Assembly: GCA_963770895.1 (NCBI GenBank)
Contig: CAVYRF010000002.1
Span: 5,024,001 to 5,088,000 of the forward strand
Reading direction: 5' to 3'
Length of the DNA: 64,000 nt
Source: an uncultured Acidobacteriota bacterium
Lineage (GTDB): Bacteria; Acidobacteriota; Thermoanaerobaculia; Multivoradales; UBA5704
The first letter of the stretch is position 1. Each line of letters starts with the position of its first letter. Positions 37,547-46,101 of the stretch are shown here, piece after piece. The notes under the pieces were generated by a model. It was not told the origin of the DNA and did not search any database. It saw only the letters and a program-made list of their open reading frames with translations. A program made the translations under genes and the position numbers.

Positions 37547-39025
37547 GTGCCCGCCGATCTCATCTTGTACAACACGCTGGGCCGGCACCAGACGCCGCTG
37601 CGCCCGCTGGTGCCTGGGCACGTCAAGATCTACGCCTGCGGTCCGACGGTCTACAACGACATCCATATCGGCAACCTGCGCACCTTCCTGGTGCAGGACC
37701 TGCTGCGGCGCAGCCTGCGCCATCTGGGCTTCGGCGTCACCCAGGTGATGAACCTGACCGACGTCGACGACAAGACCATCCGCGGCGCCCAGGCCGCGGG
37801 AGTCTCGCTCGGCGAGTACACGGAACCCTTCATCCGCTCCTTTCTCGCCGACCTGGACGCCTTCCACATCGAGCGGGTCGAGCAGTATCCACGGGCGACC
37901 GAGCACATCGCCGACATCCTCGACCTGATCGGCCGGCTCGAGGCCGCCGGATACGCCTACGTGAGCGACGGGTCGGTCTTTTTCAGCATCGCCCGCGACG
38001 CGGACTACGGCCGCCTGTCCGGCTACGACCTGGAGCAGGTGCGGCGCGGCGAGCGCGTCGCAAGCGACGAATACGGCAAGGACGACGCGCGCGACTTCGT
38101 GCTGTGGAAGGCCGCCAAGCCCGGCGAGCCCTCGTGGGACTCGCCCTGGGGGCCGGGGCGCCCAGGCTGGCACATCGAATGCTCCGCCATGAGCATGCGC
38201 TACCTGGGCGAAACCTTCGACATGCACTGCGGCGGCGTCGACCTCATCTTCCCGCACCACGAAAACGAGATCGCCCAGAGCGAGTCCGCGACCGGCAAGC
38301 CCTTCGTGCACACCTGGCTGCACGTCGAGCACCTGATCGTCGACGGCCAGAAGATGTCCAAGTCCCTGGGCAACCAGTACACCCTCAAGGACCTCCTGGC
38401 CAAGGGCCTGTCGGCGCGCGCCCTGCGCTACCTCTTCCTGTCCGTGCACTACCGGCAGAAGCTCAACTTCACCTTCGAGGCGCTGGAAGGCGCCGCCGGC
38501 GCCCTGCGCCGCCTCGACGAAATGCGCTTCCGGCTGCAGCACGCCACCGAACGCCCCGAGCTGCCCGCCCAGGTCGATCCCTCGCCCCCGCCGGCCGCCG
38601 CGGCCCTGGCGACCCTGCGCCGCGACTTCACCGCCGGCCTGGCCGACGACCTGAACGTCTCAGCCGCCCTGGCCGCGCTCTTCGCCTTCGTCAAAGAGGT
38701 CAACGTCGCCATCGAAGGCGGCCAGCTGGTCACCGGCGACAAGGACCGCATCGCCGCCGCCCTGGGCGACGTCGACGGCGTGCTCGGAGTCCTGGACGCC
38801 GCCGCCTGGCCCGCCGCCGGAGCCGCCGTTGGCGGAGCTGCCGGTGCCGACGGGGGTGCCGGCGCCGGCGACGTCGCCGAGATCGAGCGCCTGGTCGCCG
38901 AGCGCACCGCCGCCCGCCGCCAGCGCGACTTCGCCGCCGCCGACCGCCTGCGCGCCCAACTCACCGCCCGTGGCGTCACCGTGGAAGACACCCCCGAGGG
39001 CGCCCGCTGGAAGCGCAACCCCTGA
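37547..39025 (+). CDS. cysS: Cysteine--tRNA ligase
   Basis: YACGPTVY, HIGN, DFVLWK, GRPGWHIECSAM, GGVDLIFPHHENE, KMSKS. Confidence 0.97.
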   Translation: MPADLILYNTLGRHQTPLRPLVPGHVKIYACGPTVYNDIHIGNLRTFLVQDLLRRSLRHLGFGVTQVMNLTDVDDKTIRGAQAAGVSLGEYTEPFIRSFLADLDAFHIERVEQYPRATEHIADILDLIGRLEAAGYAYVSDGSVFFSIARDADYGRLSGYDLEQVRRGERVASDEYGKDDARDFVLWKAAKPGEPSWDSPWGPGRPGWHIECSAMSMRYLGETFDMHCGGVDLIFPHHENEIAQSESATGKPFVHTWLHVEHLIVDGQKMSKSLGNQYTLKDLLAKGLSARALRYLFLSVHYRQKLNFTFEALEGAAGALRRLDEMRFRLQHATERPELPAQVDPSPPPAAAALATLRRDFTAGLADDLNVSAALAALFAFVKEVNVAIEGGQLVTGDKDRIAAALGDVDGVLGVLDAAAWPAAGAAVGGAAGADGGAGAGDVAEIERLVAERTAARRQRDFAAADRLRAQLTARGVTVEDTPEGARWKRNP

Positions 39026-39059
39026 CGGCCCCTGACGGCCCCCATGCCGCCGAGATCCC

Positions 39060-39437
39060 ATGTCCACCCCTTCCAGCCCGCACGCCCGCGGGCGTGCCGC
39101 GGAGCAGGCCGCCGTGGTCTGGTTGCAGGCGCACGGCTACCGGGTGCAGGAGCGCAACGTCGTCAACCACGCCGGCGAGATCGACCTGATCGCCCGCGAT
39201 GAGCGCGACGTCCTCTGCTTCATCGAGGTCAAGGCCCGCAAGACCGCCACCTTCGGCCCCGCCCTGGCCGCCGTAGGCCCCCTCAAGCGCCGCCGCCTGT
39301 GTCGCGCTGCCGCCCTGCACCTGGCCCGCCGCGGTCTCCACCTCACCCCCTGCCGCTTCGATGTCCTGGCCCTGGACTGGACCGGCGCCGCCTGGCGCTA
39401 CACCCTGGTCCGCGACGCCTTCCCCTTCGCCCCCTAG
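39060..39437 (+). CDS. yraN: YraN family PD-(D/E)XK nuclease
   Basis: GRAAE, RN, GEIDLIA, FIEVKAR, RFDV. Confidence 0.9.
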   Translation: MSTPSSPHARGRAAEQAAVVWLQAHGYRVQERNVVNHAGEIDLIARDERDVLCFIEVKARKTATFGPALAAVGPLKRRRLCRAAALHLARRGLHLTPCRFDVLALDWTGAAWRYTLVRDAFPFAP

Positions 39438-39497
39438 CCGCCGCCGCGCCGTCCCGCCAGCCCGCCGCCCGCGCGCAACCCCTGCAATCCAACGCAC

Positions 39498-39526
39498 TTG
39501 ACAGCCCCCGGACCGGCGCATATCCT
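39498..39526 (+). promoter_or_regulatory. Sigma70 promoter TTGACA-17-TATCCT for the tRNA-Gly/Cys operon
   Basis: Hexamers at 39498-39503 and 39521-39526. Confidence 0.75.
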
Positions 39527-39537
39527 TTGCGGCCTGG

Positions 39538-39612
39538 GCGGGAATAGCTCAGTGGTAGAGCACAACCTTGCCAAGGTTGGGGTCGCGGGTTCAAGTCCCG
39601 TTTCCCGCTCCA
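39538..39612 (+). tRNA. tRNA-Gly (GCC)
   Basis: GCGGGAA/TTCCCGC stem, anticodon arm AACC-TTGCCAA-GGTT, CCA end. Confidence 0.97.
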
Positions 39613-39735
39613 AATCCTTCTTTGAACCCTGACCGGTGCCGCGGCAACCAAGCCGCGGCCGGCAGCAGCACCCAAGGCGCGCCCAGGCAGCCTTGCGAGC
39701 AAAAGGGGCCGTCCCTCCCGACCCCTCGTTCCCCA

Positions 39736-39810
39736 GGCGACGTGGCCAAGTGGTAAGGCGAGGGTCTGCAAAACCCTTATTCGGCGGTTCGAATCCGCCC
39801 GTCGCCTCCA
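39736..39810 (+). tRNA. tRNA-Cys (GCA)
   Basis: GGCGACG/CGTCGCC stem, AGGGT-CTGCAAA-ACCCT, GTTCGAATC, CCA end. Confidence 0.96.
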
Positions 39811-40047
39811 ACTCTAAGCCCAATTCTACCAGCAACTTAGTCTCAGTCCTGTCGGGGTCGCGGCCGCGACAAGCGAACTGCCATGGTGCACTGGCGCCCA
39901 CTCTCCGGCGGTGGTAGGCGAACTCGATCGCTGCGAGATTTCAGCTTCTTCGATCTGCGGTAGTGCGTTTTGACGCCGATCTGGCGGCCATAGTGCGGGA
40001 GGGCGGAGTAGCGACCCACACCGGCCCCGAGTCATGCGTCGGCCGGT

Positions 40048-40176
40048 TCAGCTACCCGCGTGGCAGGGCTGGGACTTCTTCCCAGCCCTGCCGAGAGCGG
40101 GCACGGTTTGAACCTCGAAGCCCCCAAGATCGCGCTTCACCTGGCGAGGCAGGGACTCGTCGAGCAGTATGCGCAC
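40048..40176 (-). pseudogene. Truncated DUF5615/PIN-like toxin N-terminus
   Basis: Manual translation MRILLDESLPRQVKRDLGGFEVQTVPALGRAGKK then SQPCHAGS*; only 42 aa. Confidence 0.7.
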
Positions 40177-40283
40177 TCGCGAGCATGGCTCGTCGCCCGG
40201 CACGTTGACCACCGCCGTGGCGGCTGGCCAGTGGTGGGCCGCCCAGGCGATGCGGGTCGGTGCCGCTCAGGTCGCGGCGCGAT

Positions 40284-42680
40284 TCAAGGGCCTCGCTTGG
40301 CGAGCCACGTGCGGTCAGTCTGCCAGGAGCGGCGTTCGGCGGCCTCGCGCTCGAAGAGCGCCCGCGTCTTCTCCAGCACCAGCGTGAAAGGCCTGCCGGA
40401 GCGGCGTGTCTCGTGGCGAACAGGGAGCTCGTGAGCGTCGATCCGGTCATGCACGTGCCTTCGGAGCTGTTGGGCGAGCGGCCATTCGAGCCCCCTCTTC
40501 CCGGGATCCGAGAGGAAATCGCCGAGCTGCACACAGAGGTTGCAGCTGCAGTCCCGCGGCGGGTCGATGGACCAATCGTCCCGGTCGCGTGTGGGCTGGC
40601 CGAGGCGCGCTTCCAACGCCCGGACACAGTGCTGCTCGATGTCGTCGAGACCGAGGGCGCTCCAGGAGAGGGACGCCCCGGCCGCACTCTCCGAGCCGGC
40701 CATCCGCAGCACCTGCACCAGGCAGGTCAGCAGTGTCCCGTTCTCATCGGCGCAAAGGAAGGTCACGGCCGCATCGCGCAGATCGCTGTCCCCGGCGATC
40801 ACGGCGCTCACGAGGCAGTCCAGAATCTGCTTCGGCAGTGGCGCCTGCGCCTTCTCTCGCTCGCTGGGCCGCGTAAGCTCGCGCCAGCTCTCGATCTCGT
40901 CCCTGAGCTCGTCCCAGAGGCGCCCCACCAGGAGCCGGGCGGCCAGCATTCCCGTCGCCTCGTCGGCTGCGCGCAGGGCCGCGCACAGGCTAGGCAGCGC
41001 GGCACGCCAGGCGACGAGAGATCGTTCATCCATCGGTGCCCATCGGCGGCGCTCGGACTGCCACTCGTCCAGCAGAGACCGCGTCCATGCTTCGCCGTAA
41101 CGCCTGACCAGAGCCAGGAATGCCTTCGCCTGTCCGCTGGTGAGCGCCTCCACACGGAAGGGCTCCATCAGGAGCGCCGCGACCTGCGGGTCGTCGAGAC
41201 CCGCGGCGATCCGCAGCGCTTTGCCGAACAATCCGGGCTGCTCGGCGTGCGCGGCAGCGCGGGTCCAGAAGGGCCGCATCGAATGGGCCAGGCTGTGGGC
41301 CACTTCCGAATGGCCCTTTTGGAGGCGCTGCTGCAACACCTCCAGGGCCCAGGCGGGTGAGGCCTCGGCACGCACGGCGAAGGCACGCTCGTGCGGCCAG
41401 ACGACCAGTGCCGCCCGGCGGTACCAGCGGTCCATGGTATTGCCGTAGTTGCCCATGTACCCTTCATACTCGAACTCATATGGATCGAGGTCCCTGGATG
41501 GCGTGGTGAAACAGATCTCGTCCTGTGCGACCTGCGTCAGGATCGGCTCCGCTTTCCGCCCCGACGGCTCGATCCATCGCACCAGCTCGGTGCTCGAGTC
41601 CTGAAGATCGCCAAGCGAGTAGCCGTTTGGATCGCCAGCCGGACCTCCGCCAGGCTCATCCTCGTCGATCTCGTCGTGCCACCCGCGGCGTCGTCTTTCC
41701 CGCCAAGGCTCCTCCCAGCCGTCGTCCAGGCAGTCCCAGACCTCGTGCACCTTGGCGAGCGCTAGCACGATCTCGCAGCTGGCGCGCTCCGCCGCCTCCC
41801 TAAGCAACGCGGCGCGGGCGGTGTCCACTCCTTTCAGGTGTCCCCAGCTGAGGCCGCGCTCGGTGTATTGAAAATCGAGCAGGTACACCAATCGGTCGGG
41901 CGGATCGAGTGGTGCGCCGACCTCCTCGTGATACCGAGCAGGCAACCGCGGCGTCGCGAAATACCGGCGGAGGACGGCGGCCAGGGCGGCGACCTTGGCC
42001 GGCGCCGGCTTGGTGGCGGCCAGGGAAGCGGTGCTCCCGTCGCGCTCGATCATCAGGTCATAGGTCAGAATGATCCTGTAGCCCGAGCTCACCGGCTGCA
42101 CCTCGTGGTAGCAGTCGGCATAGAAGGAGATGAACGAGAGGGGCTTCCGCGAGGCGCGGTAGACGACGCGCTCGTTCTGATGCTCGACGACCAGGGCGCC
42201 GCCCTTGAAGGAGGATGGGAGCGTTACGACCAGCGTCCCGATCATTCCGTCTGCCTTCTCCGAGTCCTTGTGCCGGAGGAAGAACTGGCCAGGGGCGTAA
42301 ACGAGCATGCCCTGAAACTCGGCCCTCAGCTTGCAGCCTTCGGGCAGGCCGAGAGCGGCCCGCATCTGGTCGAGCACCGGCAGCAGCGTCTGGCGCCAGC
42401 GCCGCTGGTCGATCTTCACGCGGCTCCTGGGAATCTCCCAGGTGTTTCGGACTCGGCTGTCGCGGAAAGTCGCCTCCCCCAGCCCGTAGGAAGCGGGTCG
42501 CGCGACGCCGCAGAGCTGCTGCGCCTGCATCCGGGAGATCGGAAAGCGGAGCCGTCCGACTCCTTTGACCGCGATGTCCAGGTCGTCGGCTTCGGCTGTC
42601 CGCCGCGCGGTAAAAGCGCCGGGAGCGCCGGCCGAATCCAGGATTTCGCTGACCTGCCCGAGCTGCGAAATGGTCTCCAC
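40284..42680 (-). CDS. Large 2OG-Fe(II) oxygenase-domain protein
   Basis: FFLRHKDSEK (HxD), CYHEVQPVSSGYRIILTY (H...R), YMGNYGNTMDRWYRRAA, C-terminal CSCNLC; GTG 42680 with GGAGG. Confidence 0.85.
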   Translation of the reverse strand: METISQLGQVSEILDSAGAPGAFTARRTAEADDLDIAVKGVGRLRFPISRMQAQQLCGVARPASYGLGEATFRDSRVRNTWEIPRSRVKIDQRRWRQTLLPVLDQMRAALGLPEGCKLRAEFQGMLVYAPGQFFLRHKDSEKADGMIGTLVVTLPSSFKGGALVVEHQNERVVYRASRKPLSFISFYADCYHEVQPVSSGYRIILTYDLMIERDGSTASLAATKPAPAKVAALAAVLRRYFATPRLPARYHEEVGAPLDPPDRLVYLLDFQYTERGLSWGHLKGVDTARAALLREAAERASCEIVLALAKVHEVWDCLDDGWEEPWRERRRRGWHDEIDEDEPGGGPAGDPNGYSLGDLQDSSTELVRWIEPSGRKAEPILTQVAQDEICFTTPSRDLDPYEFEYEGYMGNYGNTMDRWYRRAALVVWPHERAFAVRAEASPAWALEVLQQRLQKGHSEVAHSLAHSMRPFWTRAAAHAEQPGLFGKALRIAAGLDDPQVAALLMEPFRVEALTSGQAKAFLALVRRYGEAWTRSLLDEWQSERRRWAPMDERSLVAWRAALPSLCAALRAADEATGMLAARLLVGRLWDELRDEIESWRELTRPSEREKAQAPLPKQILDCLVSAVIAGDSDLRDAAVTFLCADENGTLLTCLVQVLRMAGSESAAGASLSWSALGLDDIEQHCVRALEARLGQPTRDRDDWSIDPPRDCSCNLCVQLGDFLSDPGKRGLEWPLAQQLRRHVHDRIDAHELPVRHETRRSGRPFTLVLEKTRALFEREAAERRSWQTDRTWLAKRGP

Positions 42681-42875
42681 GTTCACCTCCCGAACACGAG
42701 GCTGGTCTGTAACGCCTTCCGGGCATTCGTCCGTGCGCGGAAGCCGCCCCCGAACACCGCGACGGCAAGTGCGCCGGCGCCGCATCCACGGTACGGCGTG
42801 AGCGGGAGCCCCGGCTGTGCGATCGCCTCGGCGGAGGCTCCGAGGTTCGGACGGCGGGGCGCGCTCGCTACTGGA

Positions 42876-43175
42876 TCAGATAGGACCCTCCCCTGATGCG
42901 GGCACCGTCGGATAGGGCTCGATCGGACCCTCGATGGCCTCGATGGCTGCGATGAAGAGGTGAGGAAAGGACAGAGGGACAGTCTGGCACAATCGCAGGA
43001 TGCGCCGACGGAGGCGCTTGGCATCCGCCTCGGGCGCCGAGGCGAGCCGATAGAGCTGGCGCCAAGCTCTAAGCTCGCCGCGGTCGAGGAGCTGCGCGAG
43101 GACCTCATCGCTCTCCAGGTTGAGGCCCGAGCGGTTCCAGAGCGCCCGTGATTGGGACAGATCAAGATCGTTCAC
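42876..43175 (-). CDS. Small hypothetical protein, putative antitoxin
   Basis: ALWNRS...LAQLLDRGELRAWRQL; ATG overlaps the upstream TGA. Confidence 0.65.
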   Translation of the reverse strand: MNDLDLSQSRALWNRSGLNLESDEVLAQLLDRGELRAWRQLYRLASAPEADAKRLRRRILRLCQTVPLSFPHLFIAAIEAIEGPIEPYPTVPASGEGPI

Positions 43176-43858
43176 GGCTCCTCCTCACTCGCGCCGAGCA
43201 GCACGTCGGCCAATACGCTGGCCCACCAACGCCCGCGAGTCACAACGTACTGCCAGTCGTTCCACGGCGGCCGGAGTCCGCGATAGCTGGCGAGATCAAT
43301 CTGAGCACCGTCGATAGGTTGGCCGGCGCCGAGGCGCTCGATCACTTCCGCAAGCACCGAGGCGCCACCCTGCTGAGGATAGAGCAAGTCGAGCTTCCCC
43401 AGGGCTGCGCGAACCCCAGCCACACCTAGTCGCTCGAAGAGCACCACGGCGTCAAGGTAGTCGCGGGTGGTCAAGCGAACGGCGAGCAGCCAAGCCTTGA
43501 TGCGCGCCATCTCGGCGAGCGTGGGCAACCGCAGTCCGGCGATCTCCTCGGTGTCGAGAGGCTGGACGCGGCGCAGCTGGCGGATGCCGGTCAATACACC
43601 GTCGAGCTGGCCAAGGATCAGGACCGGCCGGCGAATGCGCGAGGTCTGCCAACCGGCGGCGGCCTCCAGGTCCGCCAGGATCTCGTCGAATCGCTCCCGG
43701 AGATCCGACACCACGTGGTCCCCATCGAGGCTGACGCGGTGTCCGGCATGGAGAGCGGCGGCGGTCCCGCCCACCAGCACCGAACCCGGTACGAGGGCCT
43801 GAAGATGACGCTCTGCTGAAAGCAGGTGTTCCCACTCGGAAGCGTTGTCTCCGACCAT
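43172..43858 (-). CDS. AbiEii/MenT-like nucleotidyltransferase
   Basis: LVGGTAAALHAGHRVSLDGD (GGTA..HRxSxDxD), K in RIKAW, RDYLD. Confidence 0.8.
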   Translation of the reverse strand: MVGDNASEWEHLLSAERHLQALVPGSVLVGGTAAALHAGHRVSLDGDHVVSDLRERFDEILADLEAAAGWQTSRIRRPVLILGQLDGVLTGIRQLRRVQPLDTEEIAGLRLPTLAEMARIKAWLLAVRLTTRDYLDAVVLFERLGVAGVRAALGKLDLLYPQQGGASVLAEVIERLGAGQPIDGAQIDLASYRGLRPPWNDWQYVVTRGRWWASVLADVLLGASEEEP

Positions 43859-44084
43859 GCCTCAGAGCATAGCGCGGCAGGTCTCCAGGCGCTCGTCGGG
43901 CCTCGCGGCGGCCGCTGCCATGCCACGTTGCGGGTGGCGCCGGCGACAGCTTCCAGGTGAGGGTAGCCAACAACGCGCCGCGAGCCACGATGGCGAGGCG
44001 GGGTGCCGACCATCCCGTGGTGCACCGGTGGTGCACTTGACGGCAACTCAAGCCCACTGTCGCCATCAGGTCTCAACGGCTGGG

Positions 44085-44775
44085 CGTTGCGAGACGCGGA
44101 GTACCAGATCTACGACGGCGAGATCCCAGGTCTCGCCCTTCGGGTCAACCCGAACGACCGGAAGGTGTTCAGGCTCTTCGGACCCTGTCGGGCCGAAAGC
44201 GCACTCTCACCCTGGGTGTGTTCGGCGCGATCACGCCCGACCAGGCGCGGCGCCTGGCCAAGGAGCGGCCCGCCGAGGTGACGCGCGGCGTCGATCCTGC
44301 CGGGGAGCGGCAGCGTGCCCGGCATGCGCCAAACGTGGCGGCGCTCGTCGAGCGCTACCGGGCAGAGCACCTCGCCGACAAGAAGCCCAGCACCCGCCTC
44401 CGGTCGGAGGGCCTCCTCAAGCGCGTCATCCTCCCAGCCCTGGGGCCGATGAAGGCCGAGGAGGTCACCCGGCAGGACATCCTGGCTTTCCGCCGCGGCC
44501 ACAGTGCCACACCGGTCGAGGCGAATCGCGCTGTCACCCTGCTTTCGGCGCCAGGCGGTAGCTGCGATCCTGCCGGGCCAGGTGCTACGGTTAAGGATGG
44601 GAGCACTCTGCAATAAACTCCGAGCCCGCCGGGAGCGCTACCTGTCGGCCCGAGAGCTTGCCTGCCTGGGGGCGCCCTTGGACGCAAGCGAGGCACCACC
44701 CTGCAGCGATTCTCGCCATTCGCCTTCTGCTCCTGACCAGCTGCCGCAAGAGCGAGAGCCTGGCCCTGGTCGGCG
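44085..44775 (+). pseudogene. Tyrosine integrase with Arm DNA-binding domain, frameshifted and truncated
   Basis: Pieces in different frames: IYDGEIPGLALRV; FGAITPDQARRLA..GVDP..ILPALG..EANRAVTLLS; RRERYLS; AIRLLLLTSCRKSE. The catalytic C-terminus is absent. Confidence 0.85.
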
Positions 44776-44911
44776 CCATCGTGCAGAGGTCGTCGGCCGC
44801 GCTGCGCCGGTCGCCGCCGCGGATGATGGTTTCGAACAGGTCTCGATGCCGTGCCATGCCGAGGTGCGGAGGTCGACGCGCGGAGTGGCAGTGATGGTGG
44901 CAGCTGCGCTC

Positions 44912-46084
44912 TCACGGTGGCGAGCGAAGCGCGGCCTTCTCGGCCGCGGCGGCGGCGGCCGTCGCCTCGTCGCTCAGATCCAGCGCGGCGTACAGCTCGT
45001 GAGCCCGCCGGAACTCGCTTGCCGCTTCGCGGTAGCGGGCGCGGGCGTACTGGATGCGGCCGAGCCCGAAGGTGGCGGCCGCCCGAACCGCCGGCGCGGC
45101 ATCGACGAGCGCCTCGCGGTAGCGCGGCTCGGCGAGCGAGAGCAGGCCCATTGTGAGGTCGAGATCGGCGAGGGTGACTCGCAGCTCGGCGGAAGGTGCG
45201 GCAGCCAGGGCTTGGCGGTAGAGGTCGGCAGCGTCGCTGTAGAGATCGCCTTGTGCGTAGAGGCCGGCGATGGCGGCGGCGAGCGCCGGCCCGCTGATGC
45301 CGAGGCCGGTGAGGTGATGCAGGCGGGTTTCGAGCTCCAGGACGTCGGCGACCTTCGGGGTCCGCACCAGCACCGAGTCGGCGCTGTGCCAGGGTGCCAC
45401 CGCGTTGGCGCGCGCCGCCACGGACAGGAAGTAGGTGCGGTCCGGCACCAGGCCGGTCCGGTCGGCGGGCCAGGGCAGCGTGCAGATCGAGACCCCGTCC
45501 GGGCCTGCGGCGCAGCCAGCGCCGCCGGCGGCGAGATGGATGTCGGTGGCGAAGCCCTGGCCGCTCCATTCGATGCGGTATTCAGCGGCGGTCGGCACCG
45601 CCAGCCACGAGACCGCGGGCCGCGGTGTGCGCAGCGCGGTGTTGCGCGGAGCCAGCACCAGTGGGGCGAGCGGATCGTCCTCGTCGGCGGCCCGGATGTC
45701 GCGTTCGAGGACCAGGAGTCCGGAAAGCACCTTGAAACGCCCGGTTCGGGGCGTGACCAGCGCGACCTCTCCGGCTGTGAGCTGGCGGCCCGCGGCGCAG
45801 GCCGGCTCCGTCAGGGTCCAGCTGGCCGGACCCTGCAGGCGCACGAAGGAACGGCTTGAGCAGACGATGCCAGCCGTGGCGCCCTGGGGCAGGCGGACGG
45901 TGACACCGGCGTGAAGGACCTGCCATGGGCTGGCCAGAGGGGGCCCGCCCACGCCGGGGCCGGTGAGCTGCACGGCGCCGTCAAGCTGCGTGACGATAGC
46001 GGTAAGCTGGGTAGAGGGGACGGCTGCCGCCCTGGCTGCGGTGACGGCGAGGAGGAGCAGGTTGGTGAGGAGCGTGCGAGCCAT
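44912..46084 (-). CDS. Secreted protein: FecR-like start, Ig/FN3-like middle, C-terminal TPRs
   Basis: Signal peptide MARTLLTNLLLLAVTAARAAA; LAPRNTAL..PRPAVSWLAVPTAAEYRI; TPR helices. Confidence 0.75.
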   Translation of the reverse strand: MARTLLTNLLLLAVTAARAAAVPSTQLTAIVTQLDGAVQLTGPGVGGPPLASPWQVLHAGVTVRLPQGATAGIVCSSRSFVRLQGPASWTLTEPACAAGRQLTAGEVALVTPRTGRFKVLSGLLVLERDIRAADEDDPLAPLVLAPRNTALRTPRPAVSWLAVPTAAEYRIEWSGQGFATDIHLAAGGAGCAAGPDGVSICTLPWPADRTGLVPDRTYFLSVAARANAVAPWHSADSVLVRTPKVADVLELETRLHHLTGLGISGPALAAAIAGLYAQGDLYSDAADLYRQALAAAPSAELRVTLADLDLTMGLLSLAEPRYREALVDAAPAVRAAATFGLGRIQYARARYREAASEFRRAHELYAALDLSDEATAAAAAAEKAALRSPP

Positions 46085-46101
46085 GATGGACCGGAAGCCG
46101 C

